A stretch of 64,000 bases of DNA from NCBI RefSeq assembly GCF_009914755.1, contig NC_060935.1; one strand, 5' to 3'. The notes below the pieces were generated by a model that was not told where the DNA came from, did not search any database, and worked only from the letters and a program-made list of their open reading frames with translations. How positions within the stretch are numbered: position 1 is the stretch's first letter; each line of letters begins with the position of its first letter. Source of the DNA: the human T2T-CHM13v2.0 reference genome, Homo sapiens. Below are positions 52,460 to 64,000 of the stretch, piece after piece. Made by a program: the position numbers and the translations under genes.

Positions 52460-54819
52460 AGAGCAGTAGAGGTTGATAATCACTATTTAAAACTATGAGG
52501 TTACCCTTGATTTTCCAGAGGTTTGACAAACTAATAAGTTAATATTGCCTTTGCAAGGGAAAAAATTAATATCAAAATTTGGGAGCTTGACTGACACAGT
52601 AATTATGCTGGAAAATGTAATTTTGCCTCCATAATAGAGATGGGATTATTTCAAGAAGATCTCATTAATGTGCTGTTCATCAACAAATAGGAGTGTAACC
52701 TTTCTTTTATTAGATTAATACAGGGTCGTGATGCAAAAGGCTGTTGGAATAATTCTTACTCCTTTGTTCTAAGAAAATAAATTAAGTACCGTCTTAAAGT
52801 CTAGATATGGAAATTAAAATCATTAAAGACAGAAAAACAGTGTGGCCACTCATTCCAAAATCTCCATGAGCCTTCTGTCATTTCTATAAAATTCATTCCT
52901 TTGTACATTTATGAAACAAATTTGATCAAGTGTCTACTATGTGCTAGGTAGTGCTAGATGTTGGAGCTATAGTAGAAACCAGAACCAAATGCAGTCCTTG
53001 TTTTCATGGCGCTTACCACATTGTGAATGGTCTCTCCTCCACATTTGAGGGGCATATATTTATTCTGTGTCTGCTCAACTCACATTAAAGGATCGGCAGC
53101 CTACTAAAACATTCATGTCACTTGTAGCTGTAAATGGAAATCTCCCAATGCAGAGCTTTCTAGATATATTAAACTAAACACTATTTTAGCTCTCAGTTTG
53201 CTCTTCTAAACTAGGGTTCCATGGTCCAGTAAGTTTCCAAAGGCCACCTTCTTGGAGCTCCACAAGTTTCATGATGCAATAAAGACTTTGAGCAGCCTTG
53301 TGATAATGAAATATGTTTAGTTTGTTTAACCTGACATTCCCACACTTATTGACCGTAAGACTCTTAACCCCATCACATAAATGTAAGTCTTTAGAAGTGG
53401 TGTTCCTCAAGATATACTATGATGCATGCTGCTTTTTCTCCACTAGATGTTGGGACTTGTTGCTAATGACTGACATGCAGAAAGAGGGTATAAAGAAAAT
53501 GTAGAGTCATTATCTTAGTTGAAATCATCTCTTCACCATACTTTGGGACTTCTAGGACATTTCTCTGCTATTATTCATGTAATTTATTTGTACCGCAATT
53601 AAAAGTGTAGCTATCAGGGGTATAGAAAATGAAGGTAATACATATTCCTGGGAAAAGGAGGCCCAGAGAGGGCTGCTCAGATATTTTTAAAAATTGCCAT
53701 TAAAAAAAAAAACTTGGATGTACATAATTCCATTTAAAAAATATCACCATAAATAAGTTTTATGTTCTTTTTGTCTTAATAATGTGATTTTTTTCCTATT
53801 TTTAGTAATAACAACGCAGTGGTACCACTGTAAAACAAGCAACCCAGCACATTGCCTAGCACAGAGTAGACACTCAAATCTTGGTTAAATGAATGAATGA
53901 ATCAGGCAGTGACAAGGAATATTACTAAATATAAAGCAATGCAGAACAATTACATTTTTCCAGTTTTAAGTCATTGCATAAAGTGGGCCAATCCTTCTAT
54001 GTCTTGATAGTGCCTCTTACATCTAAAAGCTAATACATGTTTATCATATGTTGGGAAGAACCAAGAAAACATTTTACAAACCCTTAAGTACTGCATCTAA
54101 CGAATAGTAATTTTTTTTCACCAATGATCATGGAATTGCTTTAACTTTCAATGTGTGAGAAATTTCTCTAATATGGCCAGGCCTTGATGCCAGATGGATT
54201 ATACACTAGGATCACAGTATTCTGACTAAAGGCCAAGAGAGAAGGGCAGTGAGACCAGGATATCAGGCTTTCATTAGAACCTGGCTGTCTCAATTTTCTC
54301 ATCAGTCATATAGGAGCAGTAGTACCTACTATGTATTAAGAATCAAGTAATGATAGTACGTAAGAAATACAAGTAAGAAGAGTAAATTTTGTCTTATACC
54401 CTTTAAAAGCGTAAAGTGCTAAACAAGTGAAATAAGAGTGAATGAAATAAAGGTAAGTCTTTTATAATGGTATCTGTTAAGACATAATTGTATTTACAAC
54501 CTGAGGCTTAAATGAGTCATGAGTCATTTAAACATTTACCAGAAATAACAAAGGAAACAAGAAAATTGACCTTGATTCAGCACCTTTACAATTTACAGGA
54601 TGTGCACGGACATCTCATTTCCATGTTCTGTCAATCCTGAGAGGTGGTTTTGCTATTTCCATATTACATAGATGAGGAAATTGAATGAGTATAAGTGACT
54701 TGTCCAAGTTTGCCCAGCTAAAATTAGAAGTGGCAAGAGTTAGAGTAAGACCTTCCTGTCCTACATCCCATGGCTTTGCTGTCCTAGCTACTTTTGTTCA
54801 AAACATAACTCTTGTTTTC

Positions 54820-55790
54820 TCCTCTGTCCTCCAAATTCTTCTACCCTTTGCCTTCTTAGTAAGTGGCATTATTCTGTCTCAGGCCAGTAGCCGAGGAATT
54901 ATTCCCAATATCTTTCTTTTTTTTTTTGCATTCCACATCCAGTTAATCAGCAAATCCTGTCAGATTTGTCCTAAGTATATATCAAATATAGAGGCTTCAC
55001 ACCACCTCTACCTCACCGTCCTGGTGTATGCCACATACTTCCCTTTAAGAATCCTACTGCCTTCTTCCTGTTGGCCACTCTTACTCATTCTTCCTCCTGC
55101 CAGACCTCCCCCGACCCCCACTGCCATTCCATTCTTCACATAGAAGCTAGCATGAACTTCTAGGATACAAAGAAGATCATGTAATTCTCCCAGTCAGAAC
55201 ACTGCACTATGAATTACATTGTGTCTGGAATTTGTGTCAGAATAACCTGTGGTTCTCCCCCTCCCTCACCCCTCCACAGAGTAAGTCCGCAAGTCCCCTT
55301 GATGCTAAACCCCAAATATCTCTCGAGTCAGTCTCTTTTGCTCCTTACTCACAGTCTCTGCCTTAGTGGGGGAAAGAGAGCCTATAAAGCCTCACAAAAT
55401 GAGGCTCCCACCTACCTCTCTCCATCCCCATGCCTCATTGCTCACCTTAGCCATATTGCTTTCTTCCTCTTCTTCAGAGGTGAAGTTCCTTCCTATGTCA
55501 GGGCCTTTGTGCTCATGTTCCCCTCTGCAGGAATGCTCGTCCCCAGAGTTTCACATGACTCGTTCTCTCGCTTCATCCAGGTGTCTGCTGAAATACTACT
55601 ACTTTAGAATAATATTCTTGACTGTGTTTTGGTTTTCTGCATAAACTTGCCACTGCATGAAAGTGTATTATATATTTAACTTATTTTCTTTCTTTTCCGC
55701 TAGAACATAAATGTAATAAGGGTAAAAATTTTGTCCATTTCACAACTGTATTCTCTAGAGCATAACAGGCATTTATTTTTGAATATACAA
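54820..55790 (+). mobile_element. L2 remnant (fragmented)
   Basis: ccacatccagttaatcagcaaatcctgt..., cagggcctttgtgctcatgttccctctgcaggaatgctc. Confidence 0.55.
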
Positions 55791-56472
55791 ATCGCTTTGC
55801 AAACCCTGTTTTCTAAGTGCAGAAAACGCTGGTTTGGAATAGGAAAGTCTTAGATTCACTGGATTACATTCTCAGTCTGTCACTTTGTGTAGGTCATTTG
55901 CCTTTAGCAGTTATTTGTGAGTCTGCTTTTGTTATTTACAAAATGGGGATAATAAGGTGATACAATTGGGGGGGGAGTTAAATGAGCAAATGTATATGAG
56001 TCTTTTGAAAACATTAAGGTGTTATAGACATGGAAGAGAAAGCCTGTATTTGGGCCTCAGAGCCTAATACCCCTGTAAGACAGCCATTGTAGGGAATTTA
56101 TACAGACCCATTTCTTCAGTGTTTCTCTGCAGCTCTTACAGCTTGACAGAGATTCTACTCTGCCAGTGTTAGAATCCCAAGCCTAGGATCTTCATTCATT
56201 CTCAGACACTGGCCTAAAGAATAACTTGTCCAAGCCATATGGTTTCCACATGGCTGTGGGAAATAATGCTTATGGATCATAATTTTTGCTAGGAACCAAT
56301 ATTAAACCATCTAGGAGCAGTTCTCTTAGGCAGGACTACCTTAATGACAGGCAAGTATTCTCTTGCTTCTTTTCAATATTGTTTTGTTTTCAGAACATGC
56401 AGATTATGCTTAAGTAAACGAGTAACACTGTTATTACTGAAACCAGATCTATCCTAATGCTGTTTGGGATGA

Positions 56473-56834
<362 letters not shown>

Positions 56835-57263
56835 TTTATTGAATACTTACTAAGTGACTAGTAAGTACTAAGCATTTTACATGTGAGTATTAGTGTGGGC
56901 CTTCAGACTTTGTGTTAGAGGTAATCTTTCTTTCTTTAGTAATCTTTACTAATCTTTTAGTGGTTGTATAAAAGAGAGGCATGCTAATATCACTGTAGTT
57001 AATGGGAAATTATTGGCGAAATCCTCACGTGAGTAAACAGGGAATCATCTCGGATTTCTTGCAGGATGCAGGGAAACATTCTGGATGTAGTACAAAATGG
57101 ATAGCCAGTGTCCATGCTGCCTGCTGCTCACTCTAGTGCCCGACTATTATGGAGACTCACTGCCTGTCTCCCCTTTATCTGTACACCTCCTACCTTTCTT
57201 TCAAGGTCCCATTTAGTTGCCTCTTCTTCCATGAATCCGTCTTTGATCCTTCAATCTTTATAG

Positions 57264-63401
<6,138 letters not shown>

Positions 63402-63410
63402 CTTCCTATG

Positions 63411-64000
63411 TTTTTTAAATTAATTTATTTTTTAGATTGACAGATAAAATTGTGTATTTATATAGTACAACATGGTGTTTTGAAGTACATATACATTGCT
63501 GAATGGTTAAATCTGGCTAGTTAACATGCATTATCTCACATTATCATTTTTTATAGTGAGAGCACTTAATGTCCTCTCTTAACATTTTTCAGAAATACAG
63601 TATTTTATCTATAGTCACCATGGTGTAGTCACCGTGCAATTGATCTATTAAACTTATTCCTTCTACCTAGCTGTAATTTTATATCCTTTGGCCAACATCT
63701 TCCTAACCCCTCCCTCAACTGCCCCAGCCTCTGGTAACTATCATTCTTCTCTCTACTTCTGTAAGATCAACTTTTTTAGATTCCACATATTAGTAAGGTT
63801 GTACACTATTTGTCTTTCCATGCCTGGCTTGTTTCACTTAATATAATGTCCTTCAGGTTCATCTGTGTTGTTGCAAATGGCAGGATTTCCCTTTTTTTAT
63901 GGCCAACTAGTATTCCATTGTGTATATATACTACATTTTATTTATTCATTCATCCATTGATGGTTGCTTAAGTTGATTCCACATCTTGGCTATTGCAAGT
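63411..64000 (-). mobile_element. L1MA-like 3' end
   Basis: ttgacagataaaattgtgtattt...ccagcctctggtaactatcattct...gattccacatattagt. Confidence 0.7.

Overview
Primate (most likely human) intronic DNA from inside TRIM44 on the + strand. I identified the gene by recalling the TRIM44 protein, not by a database search. Two coding exons are visible: a 240-nt coiled-coil exon (28683-28922) and a 20-nt microexon (38184-38203). The rest is intron, dominated by transposable elements. These include two decayed full-length LINE-1s in opposite orientation (L1PA3-like, + strand, 5544-11724; L1PA4-like, - strand, ~57264-63401) and a MER57-type ERV1 remnant with a tRNA-Leu primer-binding site. There are also MER34, MST, LTR8 and MER41 LTRs, old L1M/L2/MIR pieces, DNA-transposon MITEs and many Alus. 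Repeat subfamily names come from memory of consensus sequences and need RepeatMasker confirmation. I see no convincing new protein-coding system. The most notable structures are: (1) a ~0.9 kb tract of near-identity, with shared private indels, between two inverted L1s ~9 kb apart, best explained by ectopic gene conversion; (2) an unidentified CpG-rich polyadenylated retrocopy nested in the ERV and split by the L1; (3) a TRIM44 exon of phase 0/0 that starts with a donor-like GTAACT and is flanked by inverted Alus, making it a candidate for recursive splicing and for a circRNA with a stop-free frame; (4) an extended antisense L1 ORF0.
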